Below are positions 31,904 through 43,519 of a DNA stretch of 51,046 nucleotides, one piece after another (position 1 is the first letter of the stretch; each line of letters starts with the position of its first letter). The DNA is taken from NCBI GenBank assembly GCA_012862495.1, contig BLSG01000104.1, positions 1 through 51,046 on the forward strand, written 5' to 3'. Origin of the DNA: Thraustochytrium aureum (taxonomy: Eukaryota). Position numbers and translations under genes: made by a program. The notes beneath the pieces were generated by a model. The model was not told the DNA's origin, did no database searches, and worked only from the letters and a program-made list of their open reading frames with translations.

Positions 31904-33275
31904 GGAGGTGCTCATTGAAAAGCACTGGCGGAAGGTGACGAGCCGAAATGTGGTCGATCTGTTCCTGGACGAGGTCAACGCGTGCGAGGAACCCAGCGAC
32001 GTCCTCCCGGTGATTGCAACGAGCAGCATGTATCTCGTCAACGTGTATCGCAACAAGCTATTCCTGCTGTGCGCCGTCGTGGACGAGGCTCCGCCCTTGC
32101 TGGTAGTCGAGTTTCTGCACCGCGTCTTCGACACACTCCAAGACTACCTGACCGAGGTCCACGACGCCACAATCAAAGAAAACTTTAGCACCGTGTACCA
32201 GCTGCTGGAGGAGATGTGCGACAACGGGTTTCCCCTCATCACTGAGCCCAACGCGCTCAAGGAGATGATTGCCCCCCCCTCTATCCAAAACAGGCTCGTC
32301 GCCGCCGTCTCCGGCAAGTCGAGCGTAGCAGACGTCCTCCCGGACGGAACCGTATCCAGCATGCCGTGGCGCAAAAAGGGAGTGCACTACAGCGTCAACT
32401 CGATCTACTTTGACATCATCGAGGAGATCGACTGCATCATTGGCCGCAATGGCATGGTCGTGTCCTGCGAGGTGTCAGGCCGCCTCGAGTGCAAGTCCAA
32501 CCTGAGTGGGATGCCAGACGTCCTCCTCACCTTCAAGGACCCCTGGGTCTTCAAAGACTTTTCCCTTCATCCAAGCATCCGTGTGGCTCGCTTCGAGCAG
32601 GAGCGCGTGCTTTCCTTCGTGCCGCCTGACGGCTCATTCACGCTCATGGAGTACACCGTCGACGCTGCGCAGCTGTCGACCACAGGCGCCCCCCCTGCGT
32701 TTGGCGCACAAGTGCACAGCTCCGGTTTTGGTAGCAGCGGAGCTGGTGGGGGCGCCCAAGGCCTGGGGTCGAGGCCGACCGCCGGATTTTCGCGCGCGTG
32801 CGGTGGACTGCCGAGCCCTGTATACTGCCAGCCGCAAATCACCTATTCTGGGAACGAGGGGCGCGTCGAGGTGATGGTTGGCGCGAAAGCGCTGGGACAC
32901 ATCCGTGGCAAGCCCGAGTTTCTCCCTGCAGAAGACATCGCGGTTGTCATCCCCTTCCCGCGCACGATCCGCTCCACCGATCTCAAGTGCAACGTTGGAA
33001 CGGTCTTGTGCGACGAAACCACCAAGGAGTGTCGCTGGCAGGTGGGCAAGATTCCGAAGGACTCGACCCCCAAGCTCACGGGGACCTTTACGTTTTTGCC
33101 AAATTCTCCGCCGCCCGACGACACGCTCACTGTCCTCCTCGAGTTCAAGGTCGCGGACACGTCTGCCTCGGGGCTCTCTGTTGCGGACGTTTCGGTTTTC
33201 GGCGAGACCTACGAGCCGTACAAGTACTTTCGCTCCACCCTGCGCGCTGGCAAGCTGCAGATCCGCTGCCCATGA
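31904..33275 (+). CDS. AP3M1: AP-3 complex mu subunit; first exon in gap
   Basis: Branch GCTGAC (~31868) and CAG (31903), then EVLIEKHWR; PPLLVVEFLHRV, IKENFSTVYQLLEEMCDNGFPLITEPNALKEMIAPP, MPWRKKGVHYSVNSIYFD, LSGMPD, LSFVPPDG. Confidence 0.93.
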
Positions 33276-33633
33276 CGCGGCGTGCAGGCCAAGACATGGG
33301 CCAAAAACAATTTGTGCGTTCAGTTTCGACCTTGCCCGCCGCCCAGTTGGGCCCTCATTGAGCCGCGCCAAGGCTCTGGTCGCGCCAGTGCGATGTCGAT
33401 GGACGCCCAGGTTCATGATACTGTCCAAGCTGACCGGAAAAACCGACGTCGGCGTCCTCAGTTCAAAACCGAGCCGCCAAGGTTGCGCATCGGTTGCGCA
33501 CCGCGCGACCTGCAGAGCGACAGGCCGGGCCAGGCCACAGCCCTGGCAGCGGCAGGCGCGCAAGACGCGCTCGAGGCCCACAGCGCCGCCTGGCGCGCCC
33601 CCCCTGTCGCCTCCCCGGCCTGGGCAGGCCAAG

Positions 33634-36600
33634 ATGGCGACGAAAACGGAGAACATCAGGGTCTTGATCCGCGTGCGACCGGACGAGCCAAAGCTCGGCT
33701 CGTCGTGCCTGCTGACAAGGGGCGACGGGGTGCAGGTGCAGCCTGCGCTAGCGGCAGGCGAGGGCGAGGCGTCCCTGAGCGCCTCGAAAGGGCGGCCCAA
33801 GAAGTTCGCCTTTGACAAGGTCTTTGGCCCAACCGCGACGCAAGCGCAGGTGTACGCGGCGGTGGACCCGCTCGTCAAGTCGGCCGTGCAAGGCTACAAC
33901 GCCACGATATTTGCGTACGGGTCGACGGGTTCCGGCAAGACGCACACCATCTCTGGCCAGGGCAGCGCAGAAGAGGGAGGCATCGTCCCCCGCGCCATTC
34001 GACGAATTTTCCAGCTCGCGCAGGAGCTCACCGAGCGTGACAGGAAACGCTCGTTCTTGTCCACATGGGGTTTGTGGAACTGTACAACAACCAGTTTCGC
34101 GACCTGCTCCACTGCCCCAGCGCGGCGGACTGCGGTGACCCCGCGAGCGACNNNNNNNNNNNNNNNNNNNNNNNNNNNNNNNNNNNNNNNNNNNNNNNNN
34201 NNNNNNNNNNNNNNNNNNNNNNNNNNNNNNNNNNNNNNNNNNNNNNNNNNNNNNNNNNNNNNNNNNNNNNNNNNNNNNNNNNNNNNNNNNNNNNNNNNNN
34301 NNNNNNNNNNNNNNNNNNNNNNNNNNNNNNNNNNNNNNNNNNNNNNNNNNNNNNNNNNNNNNNNNNNNNNACGAATAGAGCTGCATAGTACCGAGAGACG
34401 GGTCTGTTTTCCTTTCTGGCTCCCCGACGCTCCACACGCCGGTGACGTGCGCAGAGCAGGCGCTGCGGCTCGTTGATCTCGGGTCGCGCGCGCGCATGAC
34501 CGGTGCTACAGACTGCAACGAACACAGCTCGCGCTCGCACTCGATCCTGACGTTTCACATCGAGAGCCGGTCGGCGGCGGCACTGATGGCGTCTACAGGG
34601 CCAGGCGCGGGTGTGGGCTTGTCTGCGGAGCAGGTCTCTGTCGCCAAGCTCGGCAAACTGCACCTCGTCGACCTGGCCGGGAGCGAGCGGCTATCGCTCT
34701 CTGGGAGCTCTGGGAACGCGCTCACCGAGACGCAAAACATCAACTTGTCGCTCTCAACGCTCGGGGACGTGCTGTCGACGCTGTCAACGCTTCCGACCCA
34801 GCGGCCCGCGGAGCGCGACCGCACCTTGGTCCCCTACAGGAACAGCAAGTTGACCTATTTGCTCAAGGACTCGCTCGGCGGAAACTCCAAGACGATCATG
34901 ATCGCCACCGTACGGACGCCGTTCAAGTACCGGCAACAAACTTTAATGACGCTCATGTACGCCTCGCGCGCCAAGACGATCCAAAACCACACCCAAATAA
35001 ACACCGACACCCACGGCGACTCGAAGACGGCCGCGCTCGTCGCCGAGGTCGAGCGCCTCAGGGCACACCTCAAGCAGCGTGAAGCCGACTTTGAGACGCT
35101 CAGCCGGCACGTTCCGAGCGCCGACCGGGGCGACGAGGCCGCCGAGTCGCTTCGCCTTCGCAAGCTTGCGCTACTCAGCGAAGAGAATGAGCGCGAGAAG
35201 AAACGCCTCGAGGCCTGCTTGCAGCAGGTAGTGCACAACCATCGCTCAAAGCTGGCGGCGCAGCAGGAAAAGTACGGCAGTCTCCAGAGCAAGCTCGTCG
35301 AGTACAACGCTGTCTTCAACAAACAACGCGTGGAAATCGAGACGCTGAGAGATTCGATACGCGAGCTCTCCACCAATGCGCCCACTGAAGACGAGATAAA
35401 CCAGCTCAAGTCGATGGTTTCAAAGCTCGCTCGCGCGCTCGAGCAGGCCAAGCTAGAAGCCGCAGATTCAGAGACACGGATACGCCAGCGCGAAGCGCAG
35501 GCCCAGTCCGCACTCAGGGCCCAGGAGCTGGCTGGCGCGCAGCGCGAGCAACACCTCCAGCAAAGCCTGGAGGCGCTCCAGCGCCGCTATGACGTGCTCA
35601 AGTCCGCCAGTGTGCAAGCTCTTGATCAAGTGGATCGAGCGCATTCTGCCGAAAAGGTCCTGCGCAACGAGTTCCTCGCCCTGCAGCAACAGCACGACCA
35701 ACAATCGCGCCAGCCGTGCCAAGCTTGTGCCGCAATGACAAGTCGGTACGATCGAGCAATCGCCGATGTCCACGAGCAAACGCGGCAGATCATCCAGGAA
35801 AAGGACAACCAGATCAGAGCCGTCCGCGCAGAGGCTGACGAGTTGCGGGAGCGCCAGAACCAGGTTGAGGCTGACAAGGTGGCCGCGATCGACGCGGCGA
35901 CGCGGGCCGAGGAGATTGTGCAGCAGATGCAGAGGCAGCGCGATCAGGCCAACGCCGAGGCCCGGCAGCTGGGATTACGCGCCAAGGCGCTAAACGGGGA
36001 AATCCAGCAAATGGAGGCGCAACGCTCCGTCGAGGCGCGAGCGAGCGAGCAGGCTCTCGCCGAACTCCAGCAGATCGTTGCTCAACTCGAGAGCGAGTGT
36101 GACTCCGCTCAGGCGAAGGCCACCTCGCTGCAGCGGGAGCTTGACCAGCAGCGCAATGCAACGGAGCAGCTGCGCGTCCAGCTCGAGCGGGAGGTGCGCC
36201 TTCAGGAAACCACGACAAGCGGCCTCCGAGCCCAGCTTGAAACGCTTCGCGCGGAAAAGGGTCAGGCTGAGCAAACTCTCGAACGGGAGCGCGAGCGCGC
36301 GCAGCACGCTTTGGCAAGTGAAAGGCGAGCTCGGGACGCCGAAGCGAGGGCCGCGCAGGCGGGTCTCCACGACCGGCTCGGTCATATCGTTGGCGAAGCC
36401 GAGAAGCTTGCACAAGCGAATGCCGAGCTGCGGGCGCAGTTGGACGGGGCCAAGAAAGCGCACGCCAAGCAAATGGCCAAGCTCGCCGATGCTACGCAGA
36501 CCACACAGCGCCAGGTCGCCCAGGCGGGACGAGACCTGTCCAGCGAACGGGACCGCGTCGCGCAACTCGAGAAGGACCTTGCGAGCGCAAAGCGTGCGGA

Positions 36601-39600
36601 AGCCGAGGCTTGCGCGGCCGTCCGGGACCTAGATACTAGTCTCGCTGCCGCCGCAGACCGGTCGAAGAGCCTGGAAGCTGAAAACAGTGAGCTCGCGCAA
36701 CGTGAAGGTGCCGCGCGAGATTCGGCGCGGCATTGGCAAGATCGGGCAGCCGAGCTTGAATCGCAGCTCAAATCAGAACGGGCCGACGCAGAACGCTCCG
36801 CCAGCGAGCTCGCGCTTTTAAAGGAGCGTCTGGAGACGGGCAGCGAGTCCATGGCACGCCAGGTCGCAGATGCTCGCTCGCAGCTCGACGAGGCGACTCT
36901 GGAGCTACAGCGACAGCGCGAGACCTCAGCAGCTGCTCTCGCAGAAACGAAAAGGGAGCTTGAAGCAGCCAAGTCTGCATTGCGGGACGCCGAGATCCGC
37001 TCACAAGGCCTCGAGCGGCGCCTCTCGGAGGCCATCGACGAGAAATCGTCCGCTCTCTCTCGTGCCGAGGCGGCCGAGAAGCAGAGCGGGGACGAGCGCA
37101 CCGGGTTAGAAGAGGCCCTTTCGCAGGCTCGTCAGCGCGAGGCCAACGCAAAAGCTCAGGTTGAGCGCGTTGAAGAAACGCGCGCGAAACTTGAGGCGGA
37201 TCTGGAGCAGTTTCGAGTTGCTTCCGAGCATGAAGCTTCAGTTTTGCGAACAAAGCTCCACGAGGCTGTGGAACGAGAGCGCGCCCTTGTCGCAGATGCG
37301 GCGGGCCGCGCTTCAGCGAGCCTGGAGGAGGAGTGTCGTACAAACCAAGAGCTCCAAGGCAAACTCGACCAAATGCGCCGCACTGCGGAGCAATCGGAAT
37401 CCCGGGCGAAATCAGCCTTGGAGAGCCTCAATCAAGCGCGGGAGGCCCTTGACCAGAGGAGCCTTGAGATCGCCGAGCTCACCAAGTCTCGAGACACGCT
37501 CTTTGAACAAGTCCGTCGCTTGGATGGCGACAACGTTCAACTGTTGCAGCAAGTCGAGCATGTATCCGCGCGAGCGGTGCGTGCCGAGAACGAGGCGGCA
37601 GAACTCAAAGCGGCACTGGAGGCCGCTCGTCGCCGTGCTGCAGCGGCTCTTGAGGCCCGAGTCGCTGAAGACGCTCGCGCCAACGAGCTCGAGCGACAGG
37701 GCCTGGAGAAGAAATTGGGTGAGGCAGCGATCGCAAAGGAGGCTCTCGCAAAGCGACTCGGGCAAGCGGAAGCGCAGCTGCAAGAAGCGCAAAACTGTGC
37801 TGAGCAATTGCAGCGCGAGCTGGAGATCAACTCGGCCGAAGTTTTGAAGGCTGCGGCGACCATCGAGCAGCTTGAAGACCAAGTCCAAGCCGCCAGCCGC
37901 GACAAGGACGCAGCGGATGCCGACATTGCTCGATCGCAGAGCGCGGAATTGGCCCATTTGCAGAGGGCCGCATTGGAGGAACGAGAGGCTCTGGAGGCAA
38001 AGGCCGCTGAATTGGAAGCGGAACTCGTCCACGCAAGGGCCGAGGTACACGAGCTGTCCGCCACCAAGGCCGCTGCAGAACGTATCCACTTTGAGCAATC
38101 CGAGGCCTTGTTTAGCGAGGTGGTCGCCCTCGAGGAGGTTTTCGACAGGGCGCAAGCAAGGGAACGGAGTCTGCAAGCCCAGCTGTACGAAACCGAAGCA
38201 CGACTAGGCACACGCTGCGAGCGCCTACAAATGGCGCTCTGTGATGCCGAAGCATGTGCGGAGCGCAACGTGGCTCTGTTGCAAGAGCGCTGGAGGCCGC
38301 CGACGCTGCTCTGGACGGCGCAGTACTTTCCGCCCGGCGCGCTGCTGAAAGCGAGGCAGCGAAGATTGTTGCAGAGTTGGGAACTCAAGCCGTCGCGGCG
38401 CAGACCCAGCTTGCGGCCCTTGAGAACGAACTCGCGAAATCGGCTGCTGCAGTTGCCTGCACAGAACAAGCCTTCGTCACCATCAGCGGACAGCACGCCG
38501 AGCTCCTTGCGCAGTCCCTGCAACTCGAGAGGGCGGTCGCAGACGACTCGGCTGCACGTGAAGAAATTGAAACGCTGCGTGAGCGGGCCGCAGCGCTCTC
38601 GCAAGAGCTCGACCGAGCCCTCGACCGCAACGCCGCCCTCAAGCACAACGTTGTTGGTCTGGAGAAGGTCGTGGAACGGTTGAAAGCGGAGGCCGTGGAT
38701 CGCGCTCTTTCCGAGCTTGAGGCCAGCCAGAGGCTCTCTGAATCGCGCGAGGCGGAGGAGCGCGAGCGCCAAGCGTGTGCCGCGTTGGAGGCAGAGCTCT
38801 TAGAGGTCGCGAGGGCTGTCGAGGCACACGTTCGGGGGGACTCGGTTCCACCAAACATGGGTGGGCGCGCGCGTACTTGGCAAGCAGTGGAGCTGCTCAA
38901 CACATGTCGTGCCGCGCGAGCCAGCAGCGATGCGCGTCTGCGCGAGCGAATCGAAGAGGCCATGTCCAAGGCCAACGAGAGCGACGCGACCGCGCGCGCT
39001 GCAAAAGCCAGAGAGAAGTCGCTGGCTGACAAGCTCAAAGTGCAGCAGAACTGGCTTGATGATTTGAAGGAGCAGCGCAGCCTGCTCGAGAAGCGCGTCT
39101 CCGAGGAGGCGGAGGAGGCGGCGCGACTCCGGAGCGCTCTGGCGGGAGCTGAGCTCGCTGAAGNNNNNNNNNNNNNNNNNNNNNNNNNNNNNNNNNNNNN
39201 NNNNNNNNNNNNNNNNNNNNNNNNNNNNNNNNNNNNNNNNNNNNNNNNNNNNNNNNNNNNNNNNNNNNNNNNNNNNNNNNNNNNNNNNNNNNNNNNNNNN
39301 NNNNNNNNNNNNNNNNNNNNNNNNNNNNNNNNNNNNNNNNNNNNNNNNNNNNNNNNNNNNNNNNNNNNNNCGGTCTCAAGTGAACCTCGAGGCTCGGAGC
39401 GGTTCGCTGGGCGAACTCGTGGATGAGCTCAGGAGGGACAAGGCTCGGTTGCAAGGTGAGACGGAGCATCTCCACCAGCGGCTCGCTGCCGCGGAGGCGG
39501 CGTCCGCGACAGTCGGGCACCACGCAGAGGTCCTGCGGGGCCGCATAGCTGGCTGGCAAGCGAAGGAGCAGGCAGCGGCCCGTGGGACCCGCGTTGCGCT

Positions 39601-40547
39601 CGAGGGCGGCGCAGACGCGCTACTCCGAGCAATGGACGGCTTTGCCGCCCACCTTCTCGGCAGCACTTTGGATGGCCAAGCAAAGCGACTCGGCGCTTTG
39701 GAAGCGTCCGTGAAGTCCGCGACGCGCGCACTTTCGACGAAGCGCGTGCGCGCTCCGCGGTCGACAGCTAGGCGAGCACTGGCGAAACGCGTCAAGGCCG
39801 AGCTTTCTGCAAGCTTCAACGGCGTCTGCTCGAGCCAGGCGAGCCTGCTTCGTCTCGCCGAGCACAAGGAAAATAGTGCCGCTCTAGCCAACAGGCTGCT
39901 TAGTGCCAGCGCAGGGCCTTCGGTTCGCAGAGCCGCTAGCAAAGGAGGCCGCGGCCGAGCAGCCCGAGCAGCGCTCCGCGAGGCCGCGCATTTTGGGCGA
40001 GTTCAAACTCGCCGTCCTGAATGCGTGCCTTCAGGGCGATGTCAAGGGCTTGCGTGCTGCGCTGAGCGTTGGCGTTTTGCGCGAGGACTTTGAAGACGCC
40101 AGCGCGAGCGCGTTTTTGCCGATGCATCGTGCAATTTCAGGGTTTCACTTTCACAGCGACGTGGACAAGGTGGCGCAGTGCGTCGAGGCGCTTGCTCGAG
40201 CGGGCGCCCCGCTCGACGAGCGAGACCGGGCAGGCAACACAGTCTTGCACAAGGTGGTGCAAGTGCTGCCCAGCGCAGCTGCAGAGCGGCTCGTCAACCT
40301 GCTTATCGGGCTCGGGGCGAACGTCACTTTGCGAAACAAGGTCGATGAATGTGCGCTGATTACGGAGCTTCGGCGCCTGCGAGCGGGCAGCCTGCCGATC
40401 GTTAAAGCCTTGGCCGAGCGCGGAGCGCATGTGGGTCGTGCGCTGGAGCTGGCCAAGCGCCTCGCTCCCGAGGGAGGAGACTCTGCCGCCTTTTATCGAC
40501 CTGTGGTTGAATTTCTTGTGCAAGTCGATCGGTCTGCAAGCAATTAG
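33634..40547 (+). CDS. Giant kinesin: N-terminal motor, very long coiled coil, C-terminal ankyrin repeats; two gaps and frameshifts near 34060, 34410, 38290, 39940
   Basis: IRVRP, FAFDKVF, GYNATIFAYGSTGSGKTHT, VELYN, NEHSSRSH, LVDLAGSER, PYRNSKLTYLLKDSLGGNSKT; heptad-rich body; LPMHRA and AGNTVLH ankyrin-like motifs. The motor call is firm; the full-length join is inferred. Confidence 0.8.
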
Positions 40548-40634
40548 GCACCCCCAGAAGCGAGCGCAAGTTGCAGCCGGAGCAGGCGCGAAGCGATCTC
40601 AAAGATGTTTTGTATTGTAGAGGAGGCCAGCTAG

Positions 40635-41940
40635 CTAGGCGTGCACAGCGGCGAGAGCGAGTGCAGCAGAGGCTGCTGCCCACGTGCGGCGCGCCGTCCC
40701 AGCGGGCGGCACCACAGAAGGCGGCTCATCAAACGTCGCGAGCCCGTTGCGCTTCGCGCTCACAGCAAGAGCGAGCTGGAGCTCGCAGCCGGCATTACAC
40801 ACGTTGCGACTTGGAGGAGGTTGATGTTGCGCACGGAGCCGCGGCCACCAAGCTTGCAACCCAGGCGTTGACGTCCGAGCTATCGCTGTCCTTGAGAATG
40901 GTCGACCCCGCGCCCAGAGCGCTGACAATCTGGGCCGTGTTGTACTGCCAGTGGGCGTTGAGGTGGGTCAGCTTGCTCGCGTCGAGTGCCCCCGCTGAAA
41001 CNNNNNNNNNNNNNNNNNNNNNNNNNNNNNNNNNNNNNNNNNNNNNNNNNNNNNNNNNNNNNNNNNNNNNNNNNNNNNNNNNNNNNNNNNNNNNNNNNNN
41101 NNNNNNNNNNNNNNNNNNNNNNNNNNNNNNNNNNNNNNNNNNNNNNNNNNNNNNNNNNNNNNNNNNNNNNNNNNNNNNNNNNNNNNNNNNNNNNNNNNNN
41201 NNNNNNNNNNNNNNNNNNNNNNNNNNNNNNNNNGCCGCAGCAGCGCGAAGCAGGTCGGCCAAGCCGCGCCCGCCGGCGCCCAAAAGGCGACTGCCCGAAT
41301 CAGGGACGTAGCAGACGACGCTCTGGTCGTAGTTGGGCTCGATGCACGCCTCTGCAACAGCAACAATCCCGTCTCGTCTCGCAGCCGCCACTGTTAGCGA
41401 GTCGAGTTCGCTGCACTGCTCGATGAACCGAACGCTGGCCTCGCCCAGGTCGGCCTTGGCCCGCGCGGTGCAGTTTGCCCCAGCGCAGTGCGTCACGCTA
41501 ACAACCACAAGCTCGCCAGGGTTTTCAGCTACCCAGGCCTTGACGTCCGCGAGCGCCTTCGAGAACGGCACGAGCACGACCGCGTCGCCGTGGTGCATGA
41601 CGAGCTCCTCTTCATAAACCTGCGGCCGCAGGTTCAACCCCCGCGCACCGCAGTCAAGCTGATCGCGGAGCGGCACCGCCTGGTTTTTCGCAAACGCGAG
41701 CACGATTGCTTTGCCCACGCTCTCCAAGTCACCGACGCCCACCACGTTGCTCCCGTCGTCAAGGAGGTACCCGGTCGCGGCGTTATGCGTGTACAGCACG
41801 GGCCACTCGCGCAGCATCGTGCCGGCCGCCTCCACCAGCGTCTCGTTGCTGATACCATACGCACACGCTGCGCTCGCGCTGTCCACGAGCGCAGCAGCTG
41901 CCGTGGCGCCGCCGAGCGCGAGCAGCAGCATGGCGCACAT
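40635..41940 (-). CDS. Secreted PI-PLC X-domain-like phosphodiesterase, possible GPI anchor; gap and frameshifts near 40800-40840
   Basis: Signal peptide; YTHNA, KNQAVPLRDQLDCGARGLNLRP, MHHGD, VKAWVAENPGELVVV; C-terminal NINLLQV/NVCNAG and hydrophobic tail in alternative frames. Confidence 0.8.
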
Positions 41941-42747
41941 TTCTTCGCCGAAATCCGCGCCAAAAATCCACCGCCGCCCGAAAAATCCCACGCGGCCAGC
42001 CCCTGCAAGCCCTGCAAGCAACGGCAAGCGCCGCGCGAGGCCTTCCGTCAAGCCGCCTGGCGGAGGCACCGGCTGCTGCGCTCGGCGCGGGCGCGGTCTG
42101 TGAACTGGTTGACGCACACCTGGGGACGAGCTGAGGCCGAGCGAGTCAAGTCCGCCTCGGGCGAGGCCGTCTCGCGATGGCCGAGCTCGGCGGCTGCGCA
42201 GCCGCCGAGGCGTCCGTGCGTAGAGGCAGCGACGATCGCGGCAGGAAGGCTTGGACGTTCAGCTTTCGTGATGATCCGTGGTGAATAAAGTCTCGCAAGA
42301 CTGGGCTGCGCAGCCTGAGACAGGACATCGTGGCGCGCAACAGCTCAGCCGCGTGCTGAGGAGACACCAGACCGGTTCCGTAGAGACCGGGCCGGGCTTT
42401 CTTGATGGTCTATTCAAGAAGGATCCTCCTTGGTCTCTTGGGTTCGCTGCACGGAAGTATGACTCTCGCTCGCTCATATGGCCCGGCATCCCTGCGCGTT
42501 GCGGAGGTCGCAAGAGACGCCAGGCAGGCTGGCCCCGTGGGGGCCGGGATGGGAACCGAGATGGCAGCGAAGAGTCAAATGGTGGCGAAGAGCTTGCGAA
42601 TGTTTGTTAGCCTTTCGCCTTTCGACGTTGCCCGCTCTTTGGAGAAAAGAGGCGAGCATTATGTGTTGTGTTGCCCCAGCGTTGCCCTCTCGCGGAGCCC
42701 CTGCCCCGCAGTTGCCGATCGGGCGGTGCAGGACCGCTAGATGGCGC

Positions 42748-42803
42748 TGCTCGAGCTGTCTTGCCAGTCAGGTGTCCTGATTTGTGGCGTGGCTGTCATT
42801 GGC
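42748..42803 (-). promoter_or_regulatory. Candidate type II SECIS element in the selenoprotein 3' UTR
   Basis: Minus strand AUGAC-AGCCACGCCAC-AAA-UCAGG-ACA-CCUGA-CUGGC-AAGACA-GCU-CGAG: AUGA, AAA 12 nt later, apical mini-stem, distal GA; helix II is interrupted by a 3x6 internal loop. Confidence 0.5.
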
Positions 42804-42978
42804 GAGGCGGGGGTGGCCGCGAACGAGGGGCTGGCTGCGCAGAACACTTGCGCAAATGGGCGCTCTGCACTGCGGCGACGTTGGCGAGCGTGGAATGCCG
42901 GCGGCCTAAGGGCGGCGGAATGTGGGGGAGAAGCCCAAGCCGGCTCTGCACGGTCAACGCCACGCAAGAACTCCGACG

Positions 42979-43248
42979 CTAAACGTCGTAGTGCTTCTTG
43001 AGCGCGGCATGGATTTCAGCGATCGCCTTCGTGCGCTGCGACGCGTACTTGCGAAAGAGGTTTCGCTGCGATGTCGTGTAGATGGTGTTGCCGTCTTCGT
43101 CGAGAATCGACACCGTGATGGGGTAGTCGTCCTTGCAGACAGTCTCGACTGTGGCATCAGGAAGCACGTCTTTGACGGCAGCGACTGCCGTCCGCATTTC
43201 CTGCTGCCCCCCGTCTCAGTTGCGGCAGTACTCCACCGTGAGCTGCAT
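42979..43248 (-). CDS. Putative selenoprotein, Rdx (SelW/SelT/SelH-like) CxxU thioredoxin-fold, 89 aa
   Basis: ATG CAG CTC ACG GTG GAG TAC TGC CGC AAC TGA GAC GGG = MQLTVEYCRNUDG; in-frame TGA at 43218-43216 continues into ORF 42979..43197, ending TAG. Confidence 0.8.
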
Positions 43249-43271
43249 CCTGCTTGCTTCTTCGCGCTCGA

Positions 43272-43386
43272 CTGCGGTTTGGGTCAGCTTCCTGACGGAC
43301 CTCGCCAAAGAGACCAAACCGTCGTGGCCCGCCGTCCAAATGCAGACGCCCTGCGCAAGACATGGTCTCGCCATCCACTCACTTAC
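43272..43386 (-). other. Probable intron just upstream of the selenoprotein ATG
   Basis: GTAAGT at 43386-43381, GCTGAC at 43288-43283, CAG ending at 43272; same signals as the RagA introns. Confidence 0.7.
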
Positions 43387-43519
43387 CTACTCTACTCGCT
43401 TGACCTCTGCTGCGTCCTGTTGCCGCTGCTGCTTCGCCCTCGTTCGGAGTCTGACTGGACTCGGGCATGAAGCAAGCATCTCGGCGCTCGCATGGCGGAC
43501 AAATGGTGGAACGCCGCCT

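Noticed and set aside
42268..42359. Possible C/D-box snoRNA (GTGATGA...CTGA) or plus-strand SECIS-like stretch
   Set aside because: The terminal stem is weak, no rRNA-complementary guide or C' box is recognisable, and as a SECIS it is on the wrong strand and lacks the distal GA in register.
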